Made by a program: the position numbers and the translations under genes. From a virus, in IMG/VR virus record IMGVR_UViG_3300031951_000037, positions 62,520 to 126,519 of that record: a stretch of 64,000 bases of DNA, one strand, 5' to 3'. How positions within the stretch are numbered: the stretch's first letter is position 1; each line of letters starts with the position of its first letter. Shown piece after piece: positions 1 through 11,016 of the stretch. The notes under the pieces were generated by a model, which saw only the letters and a list, made by a program, of their open reading frames with translations, was not told the DNA's origin and ran no database searches.

Positions 1-1
1 A

Positions 2-3000
2 GTAGGTAACCTTGCTGAAAACGAAACTTATTATGTTTCTGCAATTCATAACCCTATTCAATTCTCAGTTTCTACAACTCAGGGCGGCCCAACCGAAATC
101 TTGATTAGTGAAACTGTGAGTGCGCAGGGACTAGAATGCTACACTGGTCAACTTGTAGACACTGCTATATTAACTTTAGAATATCCTGGAATTCTAGAAG
201 TAACTACAACACAGGCTACTGTTAACACATTGACTGTTCCAATGTCACCCGTAGGCACTGGTGGAACAACAGGTTTCTATACTAATCTTCCAGTCTTCTT
301 TACTGGGCAGGTGTTTGGTGGAATCATTGAAAATTTGGATTATTATATAACAACTGTTGTTGATAACGAAACTTTCACTATCAGTGAATTCAAAGATCCG
401 GTTATCACAGAAATCTCTGAAACAGTTGCATCAACAGACACTATCGTAGTAGAATCCACAACCGGCTTTGACTTGAATGATCCTATCATTATTACATCGC
501 TAACCGGAACGTTAGCATCAAGTAATATTGAGTCTGGAAGAACTTACTACGTAAGTGAAATCGTCAGCAACACCGAAATGACTATTTCAGAATTGGTTAA
601 CGGAACAGTATTGTCGCTCAATAACGGTACTGGAACTGCAATTCTAACCAATCAAAAGAATACAGTTCAGTTGACTAGCGAAACTGGTTCAATGACCATG
701 AACGTTTCACTGCCTGTAAGTCCAGGACAAATCAATGGTCAGCTATTCACGCTATATCAGACTGCTGGACAGTATCCTGATATCGTTTCTGAAAACTATT
801 CGGACTTGATTGAAAGAACAATTCGTGCTACAATCGGAACGAACTATACTGTTCCAGTTAATAGAATTGCAATCCCAGAATCAGAAGGTGGAACATTTAA
901 TTTCTACGTTAACATGCCATTGCGAGTAAACAGTGCAGTGGGTGGATTGAGTACCGGTGTTACCTATTATGTAACTGAATATTCGGGAGAAGAAATACCT
1001 GATCCTGAAAATCCTGGGGAGACAATAGCACGACCAAACATTCAGGTAGAAGTTAACACTACTTCTTCAGTAGGAAACGTATTAACCTGTGCATACGATG
1101 TAGGAAGAAATCTATTAGGAACTACATCACTATACATCGGTATGCCAATCGTATTCTCTGGAATTGGATTGGGCGGAATTGTTATTGGACAAGAATATTT
1201 TGTTGAAAGCATCGTTAGTTCCACTGAGTTCACTATCTCTGAAACTGATGGCGGCACAGCAAAGACATTATCCACCGCAAACGGTATTATGATGGGTGAT
1301 GGTAACCCATACATCATCATATCTACTAGTAAGGGCGGAAGTGCAGTAGCTTTAACTAATGATACTTCAGCTTCTTCTAGCTTCACTCAGTTTATAACTG
1401 GGACTCCCGAATTCAGTTTGTCATATGTGTTGGGTGGATACACTGCGATAATTACTAATCCCGGTGAAGGCTTTGCAATCAACAATGTGATTACTGTTTC
1501 CGGAACTGAGGTAGGCGGAACAACCCCGGCCAACGACATTACACTAACGGTTAACACAGTAGATGATGACGGCGGGATTACATCTGTAATAAGAACCGGT
1601 ACTCCTCCCGCATCAACGCAGCAGTACTATCTACAGGTGCGCTCAGAAAATACAGTGGCGGTATACAACAACTCATTGATGACTGTTCCGGTTAGCGGCA
1701 TTGCTTTCCCGTTTGTAGGATATACTGAATCAACAGTTACCAATTCTACTACCGATACACTAACAGTAGACACAACTGGATTCAGTAATTATGATGCAGT
1801 ATCATTTAGCGGTTCAATACCTACTGCATTTGATATCGGTGAAACATACTATCTGTACAATGTAACTTCTACAACTGCTCAAGTAACGACCACTCCAAAT
1901 GACGCAGGTACGATTGTTTCTGGAATCACATTTACTGATGATTTTATGATGGCTAAGCTAGGTAGCATCGCATTACTGCCCGAACCATTCTACTTCAATC
2001 AGAGCATTGTCAAGTTTAACAATAGAGTTTATGAATGCGTCATTTCTAACAACGATGACGAATTCATTTTCGGTAAGTGGGAGTTGCTTGATTCAGGTGA
2101 TCGCAGATTGAATGCAATGGATCGTGTAATTGGATACTATCAGCCTACCGTGGACATGCCTGGGGTAGACCTCACACAGTTGTTTGAGGGTGTCACGTAT
2201 CCTAATTCTACATATTTAGGTAATGCTTTCCAACCAAACCAGCAGTATCCTCTTGATACTCAGTTGTCTGACTTGCCATTCTACCCATCTGAGGTAGATA
2301 TTACTGGCATCGTATACGATGGCGAAAAGTATATCTCTAGCGCAAATCTACCAACATATAGTGCTATTATCGGAAGCTTAGATAATCAGAATTGGGGAGT
2401 AGGCAGACTAACTAATAATCCTGTCAACTTGACAGATATTACATATGCGGGCGGAATCTATTTAATGACTTCTGCTAACCCAGCAACTCCTATCTATAGA
2501 AGTACTGACGGTATTTCTTGGACAACAACCGGATACTATACGCCAAATGATCCTTCTACTGCATTGTCAGTTGCGACTATGCCTTTGAATTCAGTAGCAT
2601 ATTGCTCAATGGGTCAGGCTTGGGTAGCAGTAGGTCAGAACATACTTCGCAGCACAGATTCATATCTGTGGGATAAGATAACAGATTTTAATCCTGCATA
2701 CGAATATCAATTAAATGCAATAGCTCCAATTACTGGTACTAATTGCATGGGACTTATTGCAGTGGGTAAGGGTAAAGAGCCAGACTTTTCTAGTGGCATA
2801 GGACAGTTAGTAGATATTAACTTGTTCTTCTACAGCCCAGATAGTATCAATTGGACTCAGGCACCTGTTGTAACTGATAAAGGATTCTATGGAGTTGCTA
2901 GCGACGGTGCTGACATAATCGCTGTAGGTGAGAACGGTGTAATATACTACACTCAAAACGGAATTGATTGGGTAGGTCTAAACGAAGTCAACTGTTTCTT

Positions 3001-6000
3001 CGTAAACTCAGCAACCAACGTATTGAGTGTGACAAATACTGCTGGATTTACTGGTGGCGCATTAGGCACTCCGGTCAGATTCAACAAATCATTCTCTACG
3101 ATTATTGCCGGAACAACATACTACGTCAAGTCAGTTGTGTCAAGTACTCAAATAACATTATCTAATACATTAGACGGAGCTGTTAAGGAACTAGTTAGTA
3201 TTACTGCTGGTGGATTTGTTAATGGTACTACTTACACAATCACCAGCATAGGTACTACAGATTTTACTTTAATCGGTGCAGCTAGCAATACAGTGGGTAT
3301 TAACTTTACTGCAACTGGTCCAGGGTCAGGAACAGGTACTGCAAATATTGTTCGTGGCGACATTATTCCTCCGCAAACACAGATGTATCAGTATAATTCC
3401 CTAGATCCAAATCCTTCAACACTAAGAAGCATTATTTACGCTGGCGGAGTTTGGGTAACAGCAGGCGACGAAGGAACGATCAAGACTTCACCTGACGGTA
3501 TTACATGGACAGTTAGAAATTCAGGGGTAACTCAAAATCTTAATAATATCGCTTATAATGACAACGATTCGTCATTTACTATAGTAGGTGATAATAACGT
3601 AATTCTAGTAAGCGAAGATTTAGGTGTTACTTGGACTGCTACATCTGTATTCACTGTGCCAGAAACAGAATACGATGTTGTCGGTGCTGACTTCTCATTC
3701 GGCTATGCACCGGAAGAATTAGTTGCTGGTGTTGTAAGCGACAACATTTCAATAACAGTTACTACCCGCCCCGGAACAAACTGGCCTGTAGTAGAATACG
3801 GACATACCGGATTTGAAGTAGTTTCATTGGAGTTATTACCAACTGACGGAGAACAGGTAGAATATAGCTTTGATGGTGCGGTGAAAGTTCCTGCACACAT
3901 TAACGTTCAGGTAATTGATGGTGCTACTGATTTGGGAACATCGCTTGCAGAAACAGAATATACTATTGATTGGATCAACAAGTCAATTACGCTAGACACT
4001 CCGTTAGCATTCACCCCTGTCGCTGACAAGCTCAGAATTGATGTGTATGCAGTTGGTAATGGAGATCAACTAGTCAAGGCTAGCACCGATACCAACCCGA
4101 TCAGAACCGATTCTGTAACCGGATTCAATGAAATCTATGTTAACGCAAATTACAGTGCTAGCATATTTGCTGGAAGCGGCGTACTAAGACCTGGCACTGA
4201 CAACTTAAACGTTCGTGTATTCGAAACAGAATCAGTATCAGATAGAATTTTCTGTGACAGCGTGACTAACTTTGTTCTTAACGGTCCTATCACGTTCCAA
4301 GGAATTCCCTTCGGCGGTCTACAAGAAGAAACAGTTTACTATGTGAAGTCTATCAGTTATGCTACCAACGCAATAATTATTTCACCGGTGTATGACTCTA
4401 TTGCAGGACAAGCTGGCCCTGCACTAGAATTGTCTAACGCAACAGGCGAAATGTTTGCTAATATTCAAAACGGCGCGGCATCTGTTTGGTCGGACCCAGT
4501 GGTAGATCACAATGGAACAAAACTAGTATTTGGTTCAACCGGATTAGTAACTCGTGCGAAAGCATCTAATAATGCATTAACAACAGGAACTACTAGTGGG
4601 TTGATTGTAGGGACACCAATCACGTTTGGTCAAGGTACGTTTAGTACATTAGTACCATTCCAAAGATACTATATAAAATCCATTCTTGATGGCAACGAAT
4701 TCACAATCTCAGAAACACTTGGCGGCCCTGAGTTTGCTCTAACAGAGTTCAATGGCACGACCACGTTTGTAACTAACGATTATGCAATCGGTAGGCGCTC
4801 TGATAATCATGCAAAAATTGTGTTTGCTTCTAATCAGTATAACACGGATGTTGATTATATTGTGTTCTCATTGTTTGGAGAAACAAGCCCAGTACAATAT
4901 GGGTATGCATTACCAGAAGTGCAATACTTTAACGGTGATGGCTCAACTGCATCGTTCTACCTTAACAACTTTGTGGGATATGACAATCCAACAAATGCTA
5001 TTGTAGAAATTGATGGAGTGAGAATTACAGCGTCACAGTATACTATTAGTTCAATTTCAAATACCATCTTGTTCAATAGTCCTCCTGCAAATGGCACTAT
5101 CATATCAGTAATGACATATAATGATACAAGCAGACAATATCTAACTAGTCAGTATAATATTACTGGTAATCCAGGCTCATCCCTAATAAGCTTGACTGTG
5201 GGCTCAACCACACACTTTGAAGCCACATATGACCAAGATACCCCAACAGTAATTACGTATGACCAAGATACCCCAAGTGTAGTTGCATATGATGAGGTAT
5301 TAGATTACCTAACATTGTCATCTGGAAGCACGAGTTCATTAAATATCAATGACTCAATAATCTTTGCAGCACCTACGATCGGTGGCATCGTAGCTGGTCA
5401 AACTTACTATGTGACAGAGATCATCAATTCTACTGACTTTGTAATTTCAGAAGACGTTGGTGGACTGCCATTTACAGTAACTACTGATTCTGGATCAATG
5501 ACCTTGCAGGCAAATGGTTTGACTGTTGCCCCGATATCAAACATTGTCAATACTATTGCACCGCCGATTGCAACTACAACTGCGTCTTCATCCACTAGTG
5601 GTTCACCCAACGAAATTACAGTTGATAGCACTAGTGGGTTTATAGTTGGTCAGCCTGTTCAGTTCTTTGGAACATCGTTTGATGCAAACATTGAAACTGA
5701 TGGAACTGTATACTATGTTGATTCTATTGTCAATAGCACTACATTCACGATTGAGGATTATCAAGGTAATCAGATAGTAACTGCTGGCGGCGGCCCTGGA
5801 AATATGCTAGTCGTTGTTGGTGGAAATCCAACAGTACGAGTAACCACAGACATTGAGCATAACTTAGTAGAAAATACTTTGGTTCGTATTGACGGAACAA
5901 CTGGATCTACCCAACTCAACAATAACACATACTATGCTAAGATTATAAATCCATATGTGTTTGACATTTATGCTCAACCATATGACCCGTCACCAACCGC

Positions 6001-7174
6001 AGTCAACGATCCAATCATTGCTATTTCGGCTTACACAGGTGGCGGCTATACATGGAGACAGGGTCTGTTCTTCATCACAACTACTACCGCTACCGCTACC
6101 GCAGTAACCACTAACTTTATTACTGTGGGTTCAACCGAAGACTTGTTCGTAGGAACTCCGGTATACTTTAGTCAGGTTGAAACTAATAACGGAACTGCTC
6201 TCATGGGTGGATTAGACCAAGGCACTGTATACTACATTAAGACAATTGAAAATGCTACCACAATAACTGTTTCTGAAACTAGATACGGTGATCCAGTCAC
6301 ATTAATTAATGATACTGGAAGTATAAATCTAACTCAGTGGGCACAGACCAATGTAGATAGACTTTGGGTAACAATCAATGGTTATCGTGTACCTTCATCA
6401 AGTCTACGGGTAAATGACTTCAACGAAGTAAGCATTTTGTCTGAAATCGTGCCGGGTGATCAGGTAATCATTACTAGCATGATTCCTACAGCAACTCCCG
6501 ACGAAGACATTTACATCAACTTTGTGAATCAGGTTAATGAGGGAACGGTATATCGTATCAATCCTGACATTACTACATGGTTAACTGAACCTGTATACCC
6601 GCTCAGCGAAACAATTTACATTGATGACGTTACTAAAGTAACTCGTCAGGTTGTACAGAATGTCACTACACCAGCTGCAACCTCAGGATTCTATTATATC
6701 GGATTAACCGCAGACAAGAACTTGATTGCTAATGTTAGAGTATTCAACAAGTCTACAGGAAACTTCTTACCACAAGAAGCAATAAGTGTTGTTCTCATTG
6801 ACTTATCTCCCAATGTCAAGATTGTTCCTGGGGCCTACATTACAGCGCCGAATCTGACTTATCTCGGAGACGAGTTGATTATTACTACCCTTGAAGGAAA
6901 CACTGTGTACATTAACGGTGAAGAAATCAGATTCGGTAGCGTAGATTTTGAAAACAATGCGCTAACTGAATTAGGCAGAGGAGTAAACGGGACGGCAGCA
7001 CAGCCATACATAGCTACATACAGTAGAGTATATGGTTTGCTTTCATCCAATAAATTGAATGATATATATTACGATCAAACTTGGAACTCTAAGGTTTACA
7101 ATACAGTAGAGGGTGATCCGTTACAGATTAGTGAAACGGTGCCAGCAGATTTCTTAAATAATCAAAATACCTAA
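2..7174 (+). CDS. Very large virion structural protein (baseplate/tail-associated), 5'-truncated by the window
   Basis: The frame is open from nt 2, upstream of the 101 start in the ORF track. >2390 aa and T/S/G/N-rich, with ~13 copies of a G-x-x-G-x-T-Y-Y-[VI]...F-T-I-S module and a BNR/propeller-like segment (VWVTAGDEGTIKTSPDGITWT). The C-terminal GEEIRF...LGRGVNGT resembles myovirus baseplate proteins. Confidence 0.7.
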   Translation, partial: VGNLAENETYYVSAIHNPIQFSVSTTQGGPTEILISETVSAQGLECYTGQLVDTAILTLEYPGILEVTTTQATVNTLTVPMSPVGTGGTTGFYTNLPVFFTGQVFGGIIENLDYYITTVVDNETFTISEFKDPVITEISETVASTDTIVVESTTGFDLNDPIIITSLTGTLASSNIESGRTYYVSEIVSNTEMTISELVNGTVLSLNNGTGTAILTNQKNTVQLTSETGSMTMNVSLPVSPGQINGQLFTLYQTAGQYPDIVSENYSDLIERTIRATIGTNYTVPVNRIAIPESEGGTFNFYVNMPLRVNSAVGGLSTGVTYYVTEYSGEEIPDPENPGETIARPNIQVEVNTTSSVGNVLTCAYDVGRNLLGTTSLYIGMPIVFSGIGLGGIVIGQEYFVESIVSSTEFTISETDGGTAKTLSTANGIMMGDGNPYIIISTSKGGSAVALTNDTSASSSFTQFITGTPEFSLSYVLGGYTAIITNPGEGFAINNVITVSGTEVGGTTPANDITLTVNTVDDDGGITSVIRTGTPPASTQQYYLQVRSENTVAVYNNSLMTVPVSGIAFPFVGYTESTVTNSTTDTLTVDTTGFSNYDAVSFSGSIPTAFDIGETYYLYNVTSTTAQVTTTPNDAGTIVSGITFTDDFMMAKLGSIALLPEPFYFNQSIVKFNNRVYECVISNNDDEFIFGKWELLDSGDRRLNAMDRVIGYYQPTVDMPGVDLTQLFEGVTYPNSTYLGNAFQPNQQYPLDTQLSDLPFYPSEVDITGIVYDGEKYISSANLPTYSAIIGSLDNQNWGVGRLTNNPVNLTDITYAGGIYLMTSANPATPIYRSTDGISWTTTGYYTPNDPSTALSVATMPLNSVAYCSMGQAWVAVGQNILRSTDSYLWDKITDFNPAYEYQLNAIAPITGTNCMGLIAVGKGKEPDFSSGIGQLVDINLFFYSPDSINWTQAPVVTDKGFYGVASDGADIIAVGENGVIYYTQNGIDWVGLNEVNCFFVNSATNVLSVTNTAGFTGGALGTPVRFNKSFSTIIAGTTYYVKSVVSSTQITLSNTLDGAVKELVSITAGGFVNGTTYTITSIGTTDFTLIGAASNTVGINFTATGPGSGTGTANIVRGDIIPPQTQMYQYNSLDPNPSTLRSIIYAGGVWVTAGDEGTIKTSPDGITWTVRNSGVTQNLNNIAYNDNDSSFTIVGDNNVILVSEDLGVTWTATSVFTVPETEYDVVGADFSFGYAPEELVAGVVSDNISITVTTRPGTNWPVVEYGHTGFEVVSLELLPTDGEQVEYSFDGAVKVPAHINVQVIDGATDLGTSLAETEYTIDWINKSITLDTPLAFTPVADKLRIDVYAVGNGDQLVKASTDTNPIRTDSVTGFNEIYVNANYSASIFAGSGVLRPGTDNLNVRVFETESVSDRIFCDSVTNFVLNGPITFQGIPFGGLQEETVYYVKSISYATNAIIISPVYDSIAGQAGPALELSNATGEMFANIQNGAASVWSDPVVDHNGTKLVFGSTGLVTRAKASNNALTTGTTSGLIVGTPITFGQGTFSTLVPFQRYYIKSILDGNEFTISETLGGPEFALTEFNGTTTFVTNDYAIGRRSDNHAKIVFASNQYNTDVDYIVFSLFGETSPVQYGYALPEVQYFNGDGSTASFYLNNFVGYDNPTNAIVEIDGVRITASQYTISSISNTILFNSPPANGTIISVMTYNDTSRQYLTSQYNITGNPGSSLISLTVGSTTHFEATYDQDTPTVITYDQDTPSVVAYDEVLDYLTLSSGSTSSLNINDSIIFAAPTIGGIVAGQTYYVTEIINSTDFVISEDVGGLPFTVTTDSGSMTLQANGLTVAPISNIVNTIAPPIATTTASSSTSGSPNEITVDSTSGFIVGQPVQFFGTSFDANIETDGTVYYVDSIVNSTTFTIEDYQGNQIVTAGGGPGNMLVVVGGNPTVRVTTDIEHNLVENTLVRIDGTTGSTQLNNNTYYAKIINPYVFDIYAQPYDPSPTAVNDPIIAISAYTGGGYTWRQGLFFITTTTATATAVTTNFITVGSTEDLFVGTPVYFSQVETNNGTALMGGLDQGTVYYIKTIENATTITVSETRYGDPVTLINDTGSINLTQWAQTNVDRLWVTINGYRVPSSSLRVNDFNEVSILSEIVPGDQVIITSMIPTATPDEDIYINFVNQVNEGTVYRINPDITTWLTEPVYPLSETIYIDDVTKVTRQVVQNVTTPAATSGFYYIGLTADKNLIANVRVFNKSTGNFLPQEAISVVLIDLSPNVKIVPGAYITAPNLTYLGDELIITTLEGNTVYINGEEIRFGSVDFENNALTELGRGVNGTAAQPYIATYSRVYGLLSSNKLNDIYYDQTWNSKVYNTVEGDPLQISETVPADFLNNQNT

Positions 7175-7177
7175 GAG

Positions 7178-7184
7178 ATAAATA
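7178..7184 (+). promoter_or_regulatory. T4-type late promoter motif ATAAATA
   Basis: Resembles T4 TATAAATA; 4 nt upstream of ATG 7189. Confidence 0.6.
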
Positions 7185-7188
7185 GAAC

Positions 7189-7341
7189 ATGAGCAAAAAT
7201 AAATCAATAAATGAAGGAAAAATTAAGCAAACTGCTGATAGAAAACCAAATGAAGTTGGCGGGTTTTATTTTTCCTCTGGAGTTAAGATTTTTGACCCTA
7301 CTTCAAACGAAGTATTGGTTCAGAAAAGAGGGGATAGTTAA
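7189..7341 (+). CDS. 50-aa conserved-type virion-region protein (below the ORF-track cutoff)
   Basis: MSKNKSINEGKIKQTADRKPNEVGGFYFSSGVKIFDPTSNEVLVQKRGDS*. TAATG-coupled to the next gene, and its C-terminus resembles the N-terminus of that gene. Confidence 0.7.
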   Translation: MSKNKSINEGKIKQTADRKPNEVGGFYFSSGVKIFDPTSNEVLVQKRGDS

Positions 7342-7961
7342 TGTCAGTTATTAACCTGTCATACAATGTTGAAGGTTTTCTAAAAATATATGACCCTAAT
7401 AATGGGGAAGTATTCGTTGATAAAAAGAATGCCATTAACTATGAAAATATGTCTGAGGCTATCGCAGACACACTAAGTAGTCGTGGATATGGCGAAATCT
7501 ATCAGATGGCTTTCGGCAACGGCGGCGCCAGCGTAGACCAAACCGGAGTAATCACATATCTACCTCCTAACGTAACTGGTCAGAATGCAGCACTATACAA
7601 TCAAACCTACGAAAAGATCGTAGATGACACGAGCGTATTCAACTTAGATCCTACTCGTAACAAGATGACAGTTTTCCACACTACTGGAAATCTTTATACA
7701 GATATCGTTGTGCAGTGCTTGTTAGATTACGGCGAGCCTTCAGGTCAAGCTGCGTTTGATAACAGCACCCAAACAGATAGTACATACATCTTTGATGAGC
7801 TAGGTCTACTAGCTAATTATGGAACTGATAGCAACGGAAACGTGATCACCAGACTATTGACTCACGTTATATTCCACCCGGTGCAAAAATCATTGAACAG
7901 ACAGATTCAAATTGACTATACAATTAGAATCCAAAGCTTAACTAATCTAGTAACTATTTAA
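7341..7961 (+). CDS. Virion structural protein (baseplate/tail-collar-like)
   Basis: MAFGNGG and FDELGL motifs typical of myovirus baseplate-region proteins; structural context. Confidence 0.6.
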   Translation: MSVINLSYNVEGFLKIYDPNNGEVFVDKKNAINYENMSEAIADTLSSRGYGEIYQMAFGNGGASVDQTGVITYLPPNVTGQNAALYNQTYEKIVDDTSVFNLDPTRNKMTVFHTTGNLYTDIVVQCLLDYGEPSGQAAFDNSTQTDSTYIFDELGLLANYGTDSNGNVITRLLTHVIFHPVQKSLNRQIQIDYTIRIQSLTNLVTI

Positions 7962-7978
7962 AAGAACGGAGTGCGGAA

Positions 7979-10588
7979 GTGTCATATACTATAGTAAGGA
8001 CTGATGGTACAGTATTAACGACAATTCCCGACGGTATTGTAAATACCACAAGCACTCCTCTTAGCTTGCCTGGTAGAAACTATCCTGGCTATGGTCAGGT
8101 GATGGATACCAACTTTGTCCGTTCACTAGAAAACTTTGCAGATAGTACACTACCTGCAAATGCTATTCGTGGGCAGTTGTTCTTTGACACCACTGATGAT
8201 ACGATGTATATTTGTCCATCTGATGGTGAAAGCAATCTCAGTAATTGGTACCGCGTACTTTCTGCACCGCTAGTTAATCTAGAACTAACTGATCTTGACG
8301 CTTCCGGTGACATTACTGCTAATAATGCATACATTGATAATGATGTAACAGCGAATCACATCATTACAGATTATCTTACGGTAAATGTCAACGCCAATAT
8401 CACTGAAGCAAATATCGCTACCGTAGCATACATTGGTGAGGCAAACACTAGAAGCATTACAACTGGTACAAGACCCACATTAGGTAACATGATCGGCGCT
8501 TGGACTGTTAATGGTATAGGTACAATCAATGGTGTTAGTAATACTAGTTTGTGGGTCACCGGCGGTAACTTAGTTGTTACTGGCCCAGGTACTGTAGGTA
8601 TTCGCACTAATAATTATATGTGGGCGAATGGCGTTGCAGTGTCATTTGACGGCACCTACACCAACACTAATGTAGCTCTATACATGCCCACTTATGCAGG
8701 CAATGTCAGTTTCCCTAACAGCGGAACAGCTTTTAACGGCAACGTATTATCTGCTGGTTCAAGTGCTACTAACGGAACTATTGTAGGTAACTGGACTCTC
8801 TCCCCAGGTTCATCATTGAACGGAATACCCGCAATAGATGGAGCTAACGTTACCGGTACTGTAGGCAATGCACTAATAGCACAATTTGCAAACACTGCTG
8901 GTGTAGCTAATACAGTTTCAGTGAACGCACAGCCCAACATTACTAGTTTAGGCACACTAACTTCACTTGGAGTAAATGGAAACATTACTGCTGCAAATAT
9001 TACTGCAAATACCGGTATCTTTGCAGGAAATGCTGCTGGACTATATAACATTCCCATAGCTAACTTAGTAGGAACGTTCCCTACTGTAGATAATGCATCC
9101 AATGCTTCTCAAGCAGACATTGCAAACACAGTTCGTGTTAATGCCCAGCCCAACATTACTAGTGTCGGTACATTGACCGGATTGATCGTATCAGGAAACT
9201 CACAGTTTACCGGTGAAGTAGTAAGTTTAGGATCAAACAGTAATGTAAGAATAACTGGCGGTTCTGCTGGACAGGTATTGTCTACTGATGGCACCGGTGC
9301 TCTCAGTTGGGTACCAACCGGAGCTGCAAATACTGCACAGACTGTTACTAATAATGCCCAGCCTAACATTACAAGCTTAGGAACATTATCTAGTCTTAAC
9401 GTAACCGGTAATATTACGTCAGGTAACGTTTATGCTAATTCAGGCACTGTCAGAGGTAGTCTGTTGACCGGTACATTAACTACTGCAAGTCAACCAAACA
9501 TCACAAGTTTGGGAACGTTGGCAAACTTGACTGTTTCCGGCAACGCACAATTTACGGGGCAATTAGTCAACTTAGGAACTGTTGGTAATCTCAGAATCAC
9601 CGGTGGCTCAGCTGGATATGTTCTAACTACTGACGGCGTGGGCGGATTAAGTTGGGCTTCGGCGGGTGCTGCTACTACCGCAATTACTGTAACCGGTAAT
9701 GCCCAGCCTAACATTACAAGTCTCGGTACTCTTAATTCACTAGTAGTATCGGGCAATGCATCATTTACCGGACCAAACGTATCTTTAGGCGCTATAGCAA
9801 ACTTGAAGATCGCCGGCGGCTCATCTGGTTTTGTTCTTTCCACAGATGGATCAGGAAACTTATCTTGGGCCCCTACTGGAACTGCAAATACAGCAGCCAC
9901 AGTAACAACTGCTGCACAACCTAATATTACAAGTGTCGGTACATTAACTAGCTTAACTGTAAGTGGCAACATAACTACTACCGCCGGACGCTTTATTGGA
10001 AGCGGCTTAGGGTTAACTAACGTTCCGGGTGCAAACGTCACCGGAACTGTAGCTAATGCTACATATGCAACCACAGCAGGTAGTGCGGCGACAGCAACTT
10101 CAGCCACAACTGCCACTACCGCAACAACTGCTACGTCAGCAACCTCAGCAGGAACTGCATCGTTTGCAACTAACGCAGAAACCTCAAACAGAGCTAACGT
10201 GGTCTTAGGGTCAGCACAGCCAAATATCACAAGCGTCGGCACATTGACCTCTCTCGCAGTATCAGGTTCACTCACTAGAGGTGGTCAAGATGTTATCACA
10301 CTGGGTGACTTCACTAATAGTTCAGGTTGGACTAGACTTCCAAATGGATTATTGATGCAGTACGGTACCGCAACTGCATTCAGACAAACATCTACCTTTA
10401 TTAACTATCCCATCGCATTTTCTTCATTCTCTGTTGCCGTGTGTAGCGGTTCAACTGCATCTAACTTCGACGGATCACAGGGCGCCCCTGGAGTAATCAA
10501 TTCTACTACAACCGGGTTTACGACATTCTTCGGCACAGACGGTGGCGGAAGTGCTGTTACAATACGTTGGATAGCGATAGGATATTAA
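7979..10588 (+). CDS. Tail fibre protein
   Basis: GTG start. 7 copies of [AS]QPNITS[LV]GTL and 3 of GGSxGxVLxTDGxGxLSW; C-terminal WTRLPNGLLMQYG...WIAIGY fibre-tip domain; followed by a chaperone gene. Confidence 0.85.
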   Translation: MSYTIVRTDGTVLTTIPDGIVNTTSTPLSLPGRNYPGYGQVMDTNFVRSLENFADSTLPANAIRGQLFFDTTDDTMYICPSDGESNLSNWYRVLSAPLVNLELTDLDASGDITANNAYIDNDVTANHIITDYLTVNVNANITEANIATVAYIGEANTRSITTGTRPTLGNMIGAWTVNGIGTINGVSNTSLWVTGGNLVVTGPGTVGIRTNNYMWANGVAVSFDGTYTNTNVALYMPTYAGNVSFPNSGTAFNGNVLSAGSSATNGTIVGNWTLSPGSSLNGIPAIDGANVTGTVGNALIAQFANTAGVANTVSVNAQPNITSLGTLTSLGVNGNITAANITANTGIFAGNAAGLYNIPIANLVGTFPTVDNASNASQADIANTVRVNAQPNITSVGTLTGLIVSGNSQFTGEVVSLGSNSNVRITGGSAGQVLSTDGTGALSWVPTGAANTAQTVTNNAQPNITSLGTLSSLNVTGNITSGNVYANSGTVRGSLLTGTLTTASQPNITSLGTLANLTVSGNAQFTGQLVNLGTVGNLRITGGSAGYVLTTDGVGGLSWASAGAATTAITVTGNAQPNITSLGTLNSLVVSGNASFTGPNVSLGAIANLKIAGGSSGFVLSTDGSGNLSWAPTGTANTAATVTTAAQPNITSVGTLTSLTVSGNITTTAGRFIGSGLGLTNVPGANVTGTVANATYATTAGSAATATSATTATTATTATSATSAGTASFATNAETSNRANVVLGSAQPNITSVGTLTSLAVSGSLTRGGQDVITLGDFTNSSGWTRLPNGLLMQYGTATAFRQTSTFINYPIAFSSFSVAVCSGSTASNFDGSQGAPGVINSTTTGFTTFFGTDGGGSAVTIRWIAIGY

Positions 10589-10597
10589 GGATTAGTT

Positions 10598-10972
10598 ATG
10601 ACGATTTATTATAGTCCAAGCACAGCCGGTTTTTATGATACAGGAGTTGTAGAATATCCCACACTTCCTGAGGATTGTATTGAAATTACTCAAGAAGAAC
10701 GTGATCTTTATATTGAAGAAATCAATCATAAAAATAATCAGCTTGTGGTTGAAGACGAAAAGTTAGTACTAAAGCTCAAAGAAGAAATCGTAACTTGGGA
10801 GACAGTACGACTCAAGCGTAATGGTTTACTAAACGCAAGCGACTATACACAGGTTCCTGATTTTCCAGGAAACAAAGAAGCATGGGCGGCATATAGACAG
10901 CAACTTAGAGATATTCCTCAAATGTTTGTCAACCCAGAAGACGTTGATTGGCCGTTTGTACCAAATAACTAA
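10598..10972 (+). CDS. Tail fibre assembly chaperone
   Basis: N-terminal YYSPSTAGFY and C-terminal WETVRLKRNGLLNASDYTQVPD...WAAYRQQLRDIP...WP; directly after the fibre gene. Confidence 0.85.
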   Translation: MTIYYSPSTAGFYDTGVVEYPTLPEDCIEITQEERDLYIEEINHKNNQLVVEDEKLVLKLKEEIVTWETVRLKRNGLLNASDYTQVPDFPGNKEAWAAYRQQLRDIPQMFVNPEDVDWPFVPNN

Positions 10973-10987
10973 GCAAAACAAAGTAAG

Positions 10988-10994
10988 ATAAATA
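10988..10994 (+). promoter_or_regulatory. Late promoter motif ATAAATA
   Basis: Intergenic, followed by SD GGAG and ATG 11017. Confidence 0.55.
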
Positions 10995-11016
10995 AACGTA
11001 ACGGAGAAATTTTAAA

